DNA from: Chiloscyllium plagiosum
Taxonomy: Eukaryota
Assembly: GCF_004010195.1 (NCBI RefSeq)
Contig: NC_057754.1
Location: forward strand, 8,113,010 to 8,177,009
DNA length: 64,000 bases
Direction of reading: 5' to 3'
Positions within the stretch are counted from its first letter, which is position 1. Every line of letters begins with the position of its first letter. The translations under genes were made by a program, and so were the position numbers. The notes beneath the pieces were generated by a model, which searched no databases, was not told the origin of the DNA, and saw only the letters and a list, made by a program, of their open reading frames with translations. Shown here in pieces: positions 51,596-62,929 of the stretch.

Positions 51596-51721
51596 CCCCA
51601 AATCTCTCCTCTGTAACACCTATAGATATTGTAACCCTATATTGGTACAACCTGCAGGGCTGGGATATCCTTCCTAAGGTGTGGTGCTTAGGTCTGCTCA
51701 CAGCACTCCCAAGTGGGGGGA

Positions 51722-51865
51722 TGAGCTTAAAAATGTGTTGCTGGAAAAGCGCAGCAGGTCAGGCAGCATCAAAGGAACAGGAGAATCAACGTTTCGGGCA
51801 TAAGCGTTTCCAGCAACACATTTTTAAGCTCTGATCTCCAGCATCTGCAGTCCTCTCTTTCTCCA
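51722..51865. mobile_element. Short fold-back Penelope-derived element
   Basis: Perfect 25-bp inverted repeat 51723-51747/51807-51831; flanking ccaagtgg(g/a)ggga at 51709 and 51863. Confidence 0.82.
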
Positions 51866-52743
51866 AGTGGAGGGAACCTAACCAGGGTTTTGTGTCGCTG
51901 CAGTATAACATCTGCAACCTTACACCTCTGCATGGAAAGGGCAGCACATCCCATTCGCCTAACCAGCAGGAATTCGGCAAACTGCATCTCTGCACCAACA
52001 TGCCTGCTCCTTGCTATCCAAAGGCCACACCCTCCTGCCCGGGGAGGAACAGGATAGCATTGTTACTCCCCCACAGCGGGGCTCACCCACACCCCTCTGG
52101 TTATTGAAGAAAGCAAAATGTAGCGATGTACCGACGTTCACCTTGGAATAATATCAGTGGAATTCAGCAGCTCAATTTACGGCCAATTACAGAGTGATTT
52201 TCCTGAGCTTACTGGCTTGAAAATGTCAAGCATTTTGAGTGCTCTGGAAAGGCTGTAGGCTTGTAGGTTTTGGCAAGCCAGGATACACTGAGAACTGAGT
52301 AAATTATTAAAAACCACTTGGGGCAGCTTTAAGTATGCAAAGACTCAAATTGTTCTCAGGGTGATGTGGAGGCGGCACGAACCGATTGTTGTTTTCAGTT
52401 GAAGCGATGTTTGGGCCAGTCTTGCAGGCTGGTCTGTGGCGCACTCTCGATCTCAAAGAGCTGCCCACTTAGTCCCGCTGCCCTTGCCCCACAAGTCTTC
52501 CAAGAATTTGTTTCATGTTCACTTCCTTCGGGGCGCTTCGTAACAGCTCAGAGTCCAATGAGCTTACCTCATCTCTTGGGGAGTAGTCACAGGACTGAAG
52601 AGCATCGTTCGGCCCATCGTGTCTGTGCCAGCTGTCCGATGCAGCATGCCACCCAGTGCAACTGTCCCTGCTCTCTCCCCACGGCAATGCCCATTCTTCC
52701 CGTTCAAGTCCCGGTTGCCCCTTGAAAGGTTTGATTGAGCCTG

Positions 52744-53415
52744 ACACACACACACACACACACACAGTCTGTCTCTCTCTCCCCTCTCTCTCTCTCTCTC
52801 TCCCCCCACTCACTCACTCTCACTCTNNNNNNNNNNNNNNNNNNNNNNNNNNNNNNNNNNNNNNNNNNNNNNNNNNNNNNNNNNNNNNNNNNNNNNNNNN
52901 NNNNNNNNNNNNNNNNNNNNNNNNNNNNNNNNNNNNNNNNNNNNNNNNNNNNNNNNNNNNNNNNNNNNNNNNNNNNNNNNNNNNNNNNNNNNNNNNNNNN
53001 NNNNNNNNNNNNNNNNNNNNNNNNNNNNNNNNNNNNNNNNNNNNNNNNNNNNNNNNNNNNNNNNNNNNNNNNNNNNNNNNNNNNNNNNNNNNNNNNNNNN
53101 NNNNNNNNNNNNNNNNNNNNNNNNNNNNNNNNNNNNNNNNNNNNNNNNNNNNNNNNNNNNNNNNNNNNNNNNNNNNNNNNNNNNNNNNNNNNNNNNNNNN
53201 NNNNNNNNNNNNNNNNNNNNNNNNNNNNNNNNNNNNNNNNNNNNNNNNNNNNNNNNNNNNNNNNNNNNNNNNCTCTCTATTTCTCTCTCTCTCTCTCTCC
53301 CTCTCTTGTCTCTCTCTCTCTCCCCCTCTCTATCTCCCTCTCTATCTCTCTCTCCCTCTCTCTCTATTTCCGTCTCTCTCTCTCTGTCTCTCTCTCTCTT
53401 TCTGTCTCTCTCCAC
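52744..53415. repeat. (CA)n/(CT)n microsatellite spanning the gap at 52827-53272
   Basis: Direct reading. Confidence 0.95.
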
Positions 53416-53913
53416 CCCCAACCCCTCGCTGCGTAAAGAACTTTCTCCTCATTGCTTCCCCTGCCAACTGCCTTGCGTCTGCACATTCTCAATCCTTCCA
53501 TCAATGCAACTGGCTTCTCAGCATCTGCTGTGTCCAGGCCCGTCATGTTTCTGAGCTGCTCAACCCCCATCTCCTTCCAGGAGGAACATTGAGTCATAGA
53601 ATCCCTACAGTGTGGAAGCAAGCTGTTTTGCCCATCAAGTTTCCACTGACTCTTGTCGTATGAGGAATAGTTGAGGACTCTAGGTCTGTACTTGATGGGG
53701 TTTAGAAGAATCAGGGGGGTTCTGAAACTTATAGAATACCGAGAGCCTGAATAGAGTGGATGTGTAGAAGATGTCTCTCCTCATAGACTTAGAGCCGAGG
53801 GCACAGCCTCAGGGCGAAGGGACTGAGATGCGGAGGAATTTCTTCAGCCGGAGGGAGGACTGTGGGGGCCTCGTCATTACGCAACTTTAAGACAGAGATA
53901 GGCTCTTGATTGG

Positions 53914-54041
53914 GTGAAAGTGAGGACTGCAGATGCTGGAGATCAGAGTCGAGAGGGTGGCGCTGGAAAAGCACAGCAGGGTCAGGCAGCACCCGAGGAG
54001 CAGGAGAATCGACGTTTCGGGCAAAAGCCCTTCATCAGGAA
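53914..54041 (-). mobile_element. PLE terminal element nested in an older CR1 (about 53660-54165)
   Basis: Same terminal sequence as 50116-50240, reverse orientation. Confidence 0.85.
54011..54038 (-). ncRNA. Minimal hammerhead ribozyme motif (PLE type), intact core
   Basis: Minus strand CUGAUGA-A-GGGC(UUUU)GCCC-GAAAC-GUC. Confidence 0.75.
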
Positions 54042-54876
54042 GATGTTCTTGGTTTGTAAGGGGATTGAGGGCGACAAGGAGAAGGCAGGCGAATGGGGTT
54101 GAGAAACATGTTCGAAGGACGGAGCAGACTCAATGGGCCGAATAGCCTCATTCTGCTCCTATATGTAATACAAAAGTTGAATGAAGTTTTGTCATTCTCT
54201 CATTGCTATTTGGGGAACTTGCTGTGTGCTCGTTTTAATGTCTTTAATATCTAAATACCTATCAATATTTCAGTGACTAAGCCTCCTCAGCTGCTGGGTG
54301 AGAGAATTCCAAAAGTGCATCCCTCTCCAAGGGAAGGAATTCCTCCTCATCCCAGTCTGAAAGGTTCCAAGACCCCCCCCCTTCCAAGACTGCACCCTCC
54401 CTAGTTCTAAACCCCTAGTGAAGAGGAAACATCCTTTCTGTACTGACCTTGTTGTAGACTGTCAGGACTTTGTAGGCTTTCTAAACGCAGGGCAGTGCAG
54501 GCCCCATCTCCTCAATCTCCCCTCATTAGCTGATACCAGGTACAGAGGCACCGTCTTGCAAGGTTGAGTCGGTTGGGCCTGTCCTCATTGGAATGTGGAA
54601 GAAGAAGAGGTGACCTTACTGAAGCATATCAGATTCTGAGGAGACGTTAAAGGGTAGTTTTGGCCAGGGAGCATGGGAGAGTGGAGGGTATCACCCCAGA
54701 GAAAGGCATTGTCCATTTGGTGCAGAGCGCAGGAGGAATTTCTTCTCTCAAAGATGGGGGATTGGAGAGGGTTGCAGGGAAGATTCAGCAGGATGGAGCA
54801 TTACAACTGCAGAGAGTAGCTGGACAAGCTCGGCTTGTTTTGTTTGGAGCAGAGAAGGTTAAGGGCGGATGGGATC

Positions 54877-55140
54877 TGGCACGGTGGCTCAGTGGTCAGC
54901 ACCGCTGCCTCACAGCGCCAGGGACCCGGGGTCGATCCCAGCTTCAGGTGAGTGTCTGTCTGGAGTTTGCACAATCTCCCCCGTGTCTGCGTGGGTTTCC
55001 CCCCACAATCCAAAGGTGTGCAGGTCAGGTGGATTGGCCGTAGCGTGGAGGCTGGGGTAGGTTAGCCATGGGAAATGTGGGGTGACAGGGATTGGGTGGG
55101 ATGCTGTCCCGAGGGTCGGTGTGGGCTGAATGGCCACTGG
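54877..55140 (+). mobile_element. HE1-like V-SINE
   Basis: A box tggctcagtgg, B-box-like ggtcgatccc, V-domain. Confidence 0.87.
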
Positions 55141-55144
55141 GACC

Positions 55145-55435
55145 TTCCGAGGTGGAATTGGTCAGTCGGGGAACAGATGCGGCAGAGGCGGAGGAATCGG
55201 GAATAAGGGATGGCGTTTTTCCAGGAGGCAGGGTTTGGAGGAGGTGTAGTCTAGGTGCCCGTGGGAGTCTGTGGGTTTGTGGTAGATGTCCGTGGTTAGT
55301 TGGTCGCCAGAGACGGTGATGGAGAGGTCCAGGGAGATGTCCAAGATGGTCCAGGTGAATTTGAGGTCGGGGTGGAAGGTGTTAGTGAAGTTGATGAACT
55401 GCTCAGCCTCCTCATGGGAGCACAAGGTAGCACCG
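55145..55435 (-). mobile_element. Penelope-like element reverse transcriptase fragment
   Basis: ORF 55162-55425(-) FHPDLKFTWT..LDLSITVSGDQLTTDIYHKPTDSH..LDYTSS is a typical PLE RT C-terminal/thumb region. Confidence 0.88.
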
Positions 55436-55852
55436 AGAAAGTGGGATCAGTCTGGTGAACCTTGTGTCACTGGACAGTGGAACAGTCATGTCACTAGGTG
55501 TGTCCTAGCAGCCATGTGGAAATGAAATTCAGTGAATACATCCAGAAGTGATGGTGACCCTGACACCTATCTGCGGTTATGATAACAAAGCCATCTGATT
55601 CGCCAACAGCCTTCTGGGGAAAAGAAATCTCCTGTCTTTCCCTGGTCTCGGCCTACATGTGACTCCAGACTCCACAGCGATAGGGAGAGGCCCAGCAAGC
55701 CTCTCAGGTCAAGGGCAATGAGGGATGGACAGCAACTGCTGCAGCTTTGCACCGACATCTGTGAAAGAATGGATTAGCAACAGGAATATAAATTCCTTAA
55801 TACCTGACAGGACAAGTGACAGGTGTGACACATGACTCTTCATCAGAAATTT

Positions 55853-56352
55853 GTTGCACAGTGGTTAGCACTGCTGCCTCAGAAACCAGGGACGTGGGAT
55901 CAATTCCAGTTTTGGGAGATCTGTGTGGAGTTTGCACATTTTCCCTGTGTCTGCGTGGGGTTTCCTCTAAGTGCTCGGGTTTCCTCTCACAGACCAAAGA
56001 TGTACAGGTTAGGGTGGATTGGCCATGTTAAGTTACCCCATAGTGCCCAGGGATATGCAGGTTAGGGTGGATTGGCCATGCTAAATTGCCCCATAGTGCC
56101 TAGGGATGTGCAGGTTAGGGTGGATTGGCCGTGCTAAATTATCCATAGTGCCCATTGATGTGCAGATTAGGGTGGATTGGCCATGCTAAATTATCCATAG
56201 TGCCCAGGGATGTGTGGGTTAGATGCATTAGCCATGGGAACTGCAGGGTTACAGGGATAGAGTAGGGGGTGGGTCTGGGTGGGATGCTCTACTGAGGGTT
56301 TGGATGGACTTGTGGGGCCGAATGGCCTGTTTCCACATTGTGGGGATTCTAT
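55853..56352 (+). mobile_element. HE1-like V-SINE with about 4-5 tandem 53-bp internal units
   Basis: Head, V-domain, repeats at about 56000-56235, then the normal tail. Confidence 0.9.
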
Positions 56353-56354
56353 AA

Positions 56355-56760
56355 ACTACTCCTACCTGCCTGCGCTTGGCCCATATCCCCCCCAAACCTT
56401 TCCTATTCATGAATATATACAAATGTCTTTCAAACATTGTAACTGTACCTGCAAACTCCCACTGCCTCTGGATGTTAATTCCACACGAGAAAAAAAATTG
56501 CCCCCATGTCCTTTTTAAATCTTCCTCCTCTCGCCTTAAAAATATGCACCCCCTAGTTTTGAACTCCCATACTCTAGGGAAAAGACACCTGCCATTCACC
56601 TTTATCTAAGCCCCTCATTATATCGACCTGTGTAAGGTCACCCCTTCAGCCTCCTACGCTCCAGTGAAAAATGTCCCTGTCTTTCCAGCCCATTTTTATA
56701 TCTCGAACCCTTCATTTCCACTGGTAAATCTTTTTCTGAACCCTCTCCCAGTTTAATATA
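56355..56760 (-). mobile_element. CR1 3' fragment
   Basis: LFPRVWEFKTRG / FERHL..FMNRKGL remnants. Confidence 0.82.
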
Positions 56761-58025
56761 ATCCTTGGATTGGCCATGGTAAATGTAGGGCTACAGGGAA
56801 TAAGGTGGGGGTGTGGGTTGGAGCTGGGTCTGGGTGGGATGTTCTTTGGCATGCTCTTTGCAGAATCGATGGGCCAAATGGCCTCTTTCCCCACTGTCGG
56901 GGTTGTACAATGTGTTGTGTAACTCCTGACTAATTGCCCAGAGCAATCACTCAGTGTGAGAGAGTCATTAAAAAGCCAATCACATACTGAGCTGCATTCC
57001 AAGAGCACTTGAATTCACGTGATTTATCAAGGGAATGGATGAGACCTTCTGTTCCTGAGTAAAACTAGGCTCCAGCTCTCTCCTTCCATTCCCCTACTTC
57101 TTTCACAGCTGGGAGCAGCAGCTTGCTTTCCAGCACTGTACCTGCCCCAGGAGAAATGTCAAGTTTTATTTGTCTTGCCTCTTTATAAAACACTGAAATT
57201 AACCAAAAAAAAAAGAAATACCCAACACACCACTTGCCTCCTACATGCTCTGAGTTAGAATGAATCTCTCCTTCTCTCCGCTATATCCACGCCTCTTGCC
57301 TTTTAAATATTTGGTAAAAGCTTTGTCTTGTTGAAGCAGTGAAGTTGGTAGAGGAACTTTTGCTTCTAAAGGGGTCCTCAGTTCTTGCGTGAATTAACAA
57401 AAGTCTGCTTTGTTGTAACTCACCGACTCCAAACCCAGTGCCATTCCCGTTACCTACTCAGGTGGGAGCTTAATCGTAAGCCCCACCTCCTGCGGGCAAG
57501 AGTGTGGCATAGTGCTATGGTCGCTGGGCTAATAACCCCAAGAGCCCTTGCACCCAAGGTACAAACCCTAGCCAGCTGGCCGGTGGGATTGGCATTCGAC
57601 GAGTTACTTAGTAAACAAGGTGTGTGAGGCTGCGAAACCGCAAAACTGTTGTTGATGAAACCCATCTGGTTCACTCATGGAGAAGGAATCCTGCCTCCCC
57701 TGGTTGGGCCCATGTAGGTCTCCATGCCCTCTGAACTGGCCTGAGCAAGCCACTCGACCCAAGTGTAGTTTCATCGATGTGCAACAGATGCCAACCTTCG
57801 CCCGGGTCCCATCAAAGATGGCACGCCGGGAACATGTGAGGTCGAAGGAACTCAATGTTGCCCCCACACCCAATGTTTTGTCAAATCAACTTGCCCGATG
57901 TTCAGTTGGTACCACGCGTCAAATTCTGGGCACCCCACGTAATTTATGGTACATGTGGCGTCGAGAGAGGGATTTGTTCAAATGGGTCCGAGGGAAGCGG
58001 GTGTGGAGAGACCAAAGAATGAATC

Positions 58026-58633
58026 GTAGAATCCCTACAGAATGGAAACAGGCCCTTCGGCCCAACACCGACCCTCGGAAGGGAATCTCACCCAACCCCA
58101 TTCTCCTACCTTATTACTTGGTATTTACCCCTGACTAATGCACCTAACCTACATATCCCCGAACACTATGGGACAATTTAGCACGGCCAATCCACCCTAA
58201 CCTGCACATCCCTGGGCACTATGGGACAATTTAGCACGGCCAATGCACCCTAACCTGCACATCCCTGGACACTATGGGGCAATTTAGCACGGCCAATGCA
58301 CCCTAACCTGCACATCCCTGGACACTATGGGACAATATAGCACGTCCAATCCACCCTAACCTGCACGTCCCTGGGCATTATGGGACAATTTAGCACGGCC
58401 AATCCACCCTAACCTGCACATCTCTGGGCACTATGGGACAATTTAGCACGGCCAATGCACCCTAAACTGCACATCCCTGGACACTATTGGAGGAAACCGG
58501 AGCACCCGGAGGAAACCCACACAGACACGGGGAGAATGTGCAAACTCCACACAGACAGTCACCCGAGGCTGGAATCGAACCCGGGTACCTGGCTCTGTGA
58601 GGCAGCCGTGCTAACCACTGAGCCACCGTGTCA
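58026..58633 (-). mobile_element. Full-length HE1-like V-SINE with about 6-7 tandem 53-bp internal units
   Basis: Tail at 58026, repeats 58140-58490, V-domain and tRNA head to 58633. Confidence 0.92.
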
Positions 58634-60316
58634 CCCATTAGAAGCTGGCATCATTCCTCTCCTTAGAGCAGAGGAGGTCAAGGGCAGAGCTTGTTACGGT
58701 ATTCTGAACTCTGAGGACATTTCAACAAGAGCAAATTGAGAGGAACAACTCCTGGGGTGTCGGAGGTCTAAGATGTCTGGCCTACCCTACACATGATTCC
58801 AGGCCCACAGCAGCACAGGGGACTCTTCCATGCTCCCAGTTGGGTACAGGCGACAAATGCCCAGAGATGGCCCACATCCTGCAGAGAAAGATCGTCCTCT
58901 AAAAGATAAAGCATGCTGGGCCTGTTTCCATGCCTATGACAGCGGAGAGATGGGACTCCAGTGCTTGGTTGGATAGTTTTCACAAAGGGAATCTACATAG
59001 ACACTTAAAGAGGACCAGGGCTATGAGGGAAAGAGCAGAAACCCTGGCCTGAGAGGAGGGCACTACCTATTGAGTGGGTAGATTGGCAGGTGCCCATCCA
59101 ACCTGTTCTTGTGCCCCCAGGCTGGATGGGCGTCTAGCCAACCCATTCGACCCCTCCGACTGGGCGTTCAGTTCCTCAGAAATCGTCGGCTAATTTTTGG
59201 GGGGTACACGATTGTGAGCAAACTTCCTGCGAAGGGGAGGGGTTCAATAAGGAACATGCCCAACCGCTCTTCTGCCAGCTATGAGGAGACACAGGTGGCA
59301 AGCAGCAATCCAAGCAGGCTCTTTAAGAGTGGCAAGGGCCCTGTGAGCTCGGAGTGTAGAGGGAATGATGCCCCCAGCGTGATCGTCGATGGATGGGGAG
59401 CAAAGGGAGTTACAAGCAAAAAGACCAAAGGGAGTGACAAAATCCGAGTTAGTGGAGCGGAGAGGGGTTGCTGGGGTTTTCACATTCCTTACGTGGTATA
59501 ATCGAGAACCCATCCCTAATTTCACCTTGAATTGAGAGGCTCGCTTGGCCATTTCAGGGGGCAGTTAAGAGCCAACCACATCGCTGTGGATCTGGAGACT
59601 AGGCGAAGGGCTCCATATTTCCCACCCTGAAGGGCATTCGGGAACGACAATGTTCTCACAGCCATGTCGTTTCATGTTTTAGCTTTAATTGCCTTTAAAT
59701 TAACTCCGAACCCCACTGGCCTGAGCTTCCACCACGCCACTGTCTCTCTGTAAAAGGGAGCGGAGGAAGAGGCTCAGTGAATTTGTGTATCCACACCCAC
59801 TCTGTTCCTTACATCCGTCGGGTACTGAGGGGCCCCTCAGCTCAAGAGGGTGCAGCTCGCGCCAATAGGCTGTGTCTTGATGACTGCATGGGGGTTCTGT
59901 TATACCAATGGTATCAGCTGGGGATCACTGAGGTGAAACCCTCGAGCTTCAGGGGCTAGTTGCCATGAAGTGAGCCAATGGAAATTATCTTTTTATTGCC
60001 TTGATTTTGGGTTGCCCTCAATTGTACAGCACCACAGTGACGGACTATCGTCTCCCTATCCTGAGCTGGTTAGTAAAAGCAATCATGCACGTTTTTAAAT
60101 AGAGGCATGGAGTCACCGGTCAAGGATAAATCAGTCGATTTCTATCTGTTAAAAGCATCTTTGGATAGTCCAGGTGATTGATGTTGAAGTGTAAGATCAG
60201 CCAAGGTCTCCGTCAATGTCAGGACCACCTCCTCCTGCTCCTGTTTCTCATTAGCTAGGCAGTCATTTCTGAAGGAAAATTGTCATCATTGGGAGAGTTT
60301 TTTTAATCTAAATCAC

Positions 60317-60678
60317 GGCACGGTGGCTCAGTGGTTAGCACGGCTGCCTCGCAGCGCCAGGGAGCCGGGTTCGATTCCGCCCTCGGGCGACTGTCTGTGT
60401 GGAGTTTGTACATCCTCCCCGTGTCTGTGTGGAGTTTGTACATCCTCCCCGTGTCTGTGTGGAGTTTGTAAATCCTCCCCGTGTCTGTGTGGAGTTTGCT
60501 CCCACAGTCCAAAGATGTGCAGGTTAGGGTGGATTGGCCGTGCTAAATTGCCCGTAGTGTTAGGTGCATTAGTCAGGGGTAAATATGGGGAATGGGTCTG
60601 GGTGGGTTACTCTTCGGAGGGTCGGTGTGGACGTGCTGGGCCGGATTCCACACTGTAGGGATTGTATGATTCTATGAT
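60317..60678 (+). mobile_element. HE1-like V-SINE with a 30-bp V-domain segment triplicated
   Basis: A box tggctcagtgg, B box ggttcgattcc; tgtctgtgtggagtttgtacatcctccccg x3 plus a partial copy. Confidence 0.92.
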
Positions 60679-61677
60679 CACTCGAAGGGTCTAAAATTAA
60701 ACCATCAAGAATACAATGGTGCAGTGTATTCGCATCTCAGGTACCTTTGGTCCTAAAAGTTCCAGGGTGTGAAATATGGCCAGACAGGCTGAGTATTACC
60801 TGAAAAGTCCTTCCATCAGGCACCTCCAACCCAACCACCATTGGGTAGGTGTGTGAGAGGCAGAGATATGCCAATAGGAGATGGCAAATACATGGCAATT
60901 ACAGGTCCATGGTCACCAAGACCATTTGAGGGCATCTCATGCAGGAACAGTTTGGAGTTGACGAAACAGGCACACTGTGACCCCCCCCGAGACCTGACAA
61001 AACCTTGCACCAATCTGGCAAATTCAAACAGTTGTACTCAGTGACAACAATTCCAACAGCAGGTTGACGGAATTTGCCTGCAACAGCTCAGTTAAGGCCG
61101 GCGTGTCTGGTGAACTATAATTTTCGTTACCAGCGGCTCAACTCAATCTTCCAATCCTGCAAAACGACCGAATTAGGATTCTCCCATCCGTGCTGTCCGA
61201 AGTGGGGAACTTGGAACCAGCAGGGCAGGTTGTACAGCCTCCCCGCAGAGACGGTCACGGTTGGGCACCGTGACAGTCTCAAAGGGCTCCCATCCGTCTC
61301 ATCACAAAGCAGAGGTTGCCACTCGTGGACAAGGCCAGAGCCAAAGGGGGCTGTCAGTGTCTCAAATATCTACGCGTGTTCATCACCCATCCCTTACTGT
61401 CCTTGATCCGAGTGGCTCGCTGAGTTATTTAAGGGGACAGTTAAGAGTCCAACACATCATAGAATCATACAGTACAGAAGAATCCCTTCACTCTATCAAG
61501 TCTATACTGCTGGAAGAATACTACAACCAACAGTAGTCCCAGCACCTGGAATGTTATGGCATTTCAAGTTCCCATCCATTTACTTTTCCTTTGAAATGAT
61601 TGTGAGGATACCTGCATCAATCACTCTCCCAGGTAGCGCATCATTGTATGGATCTGCAGCCACGGGTCAGTAATATT

Positions 61678-61945
61678 GTGGGCAGCACAGTGGTTAGCAC
61701 TGCTACCTCACAGTCCCAGGGACCCGGGTTCAATTCCAGCGTCTGCACCACTGTCCGTGTGGAGTTTGCAGATTCTCCCCCATGTCTGTGTGGGTTCCCT
61801 CCCACAGTCCAGAGGTGTAGAGGTTAGATGGATCAGCCATGCTAAATCGCCCACAGTGTCCAGGGATGCACAGGCGAGGTGGGGTAGCCATGGGAAATGT
61901 TGCAGGATATGGGTGGGCTGCTGTTCGGAGGGTCAGGGTAAACCA
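61678..61945 (+). mobile_element. HE1-like V-SINE (diverged)
   Basis: tRNA head and V-domain. Confidence 0.82.
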
Positions 61946-62209
61946 AATGGATCCCATATTAGAATGGCGAGTTGACCTTCTCTGGCACAGCCTTCAGTGG
62001 TAAATTCACAGTCACCACTGAGACTGCAACTTAACCCCTCGTTGTCCCTGACCCTGCGGTGTTTAATGGAGACGGTGTCGAGGGAACTTTACTTTGAGTT
62101 CAAAGAAGTGGTGGAACCTTTACTCTGTATTTTAACCCCTTATTGTCCCTGTGTCGGGCGTCCTTAATGGGTATCATGACGAGGGAACCATACTTTAAGT
62201 TCTATAGCA

Positions 62210-62830
62210 TCATAGAGGCGTACAGTACAGAAACAGACCTTTCAGTCCACTCACCCAAGCCCATGAGGTATCTGAAATGAGTCTAATCCCATTTGCCAGC
62301 ACCCAGCCCATATCCTTCCAAACCCTTCCTATTCACATACCCATCCAGATGCCTTTTAAATGTTGCAATTGTACCAGCCTCCACCACTTCCTCTGGCAGC
62401 TCATTCCATACACGTACCACCCTCTGTGTGAAAAATGTGCCCCTTGGGTCCCTTTTAAATCTTTCCCCCCTCACCCTAAACCTATGCCCCTCTAGTTCTG
62501 GACTCCCCCACCCCGTTGAAAAGATCTTGTCTATTTACCCTATCCATGCCCCTCGTGATTTTATAAACCTCTATAAGGTTTATGCTCCAGGGAAAACAGC
62601 CCCAGCCTGTTCAGCCTCTCCCTGTAGCTCAGATCCTCCAACCCTGGCAACATCCTTGTAAATCTTTTCTGAACCCTTTCAAGTTTCACAACATCCTTCC
62701 TGTAGCAGGGAGACCAGAATTGCACGCAATATTCCAAAAGTGACCAAACCAATCTCCTGTAGAACTGCAACATGACCTCCCAACGTCTTTACTCAATACA
62801 CTGACCAATAAAGGCAAGCACCAAATGCCA
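62210..62830 (-). mobile_element. CR1/HER1 LINE 3' fragment inserted into the degenerate edge of the 70-bp satellite
   Basis: ORFs 62283-62474(-) and 62561-62773(-) are CR1 ORF2 pieces. Confidence 0.93.
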
Positions 62831-62929
62831 AGGGAACTTTACTTCCAATTTCCTGTGAGCTCAAGGGGTAGAGAGAGCTTCACTCCATGTTCATCTCCAT
62901 GCTCTCCCTGGCCCAGTAATGTTGGTCTG

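Noticed and set aside
59109..59501. 130-aa ORF in unique DNA (similarly 1831-2271, 29614-30024, 57677-58138)
   Set aside because: No recognisable domain, mostly non-ATG starts or partly repeat-derived, and lengths compatible with chance
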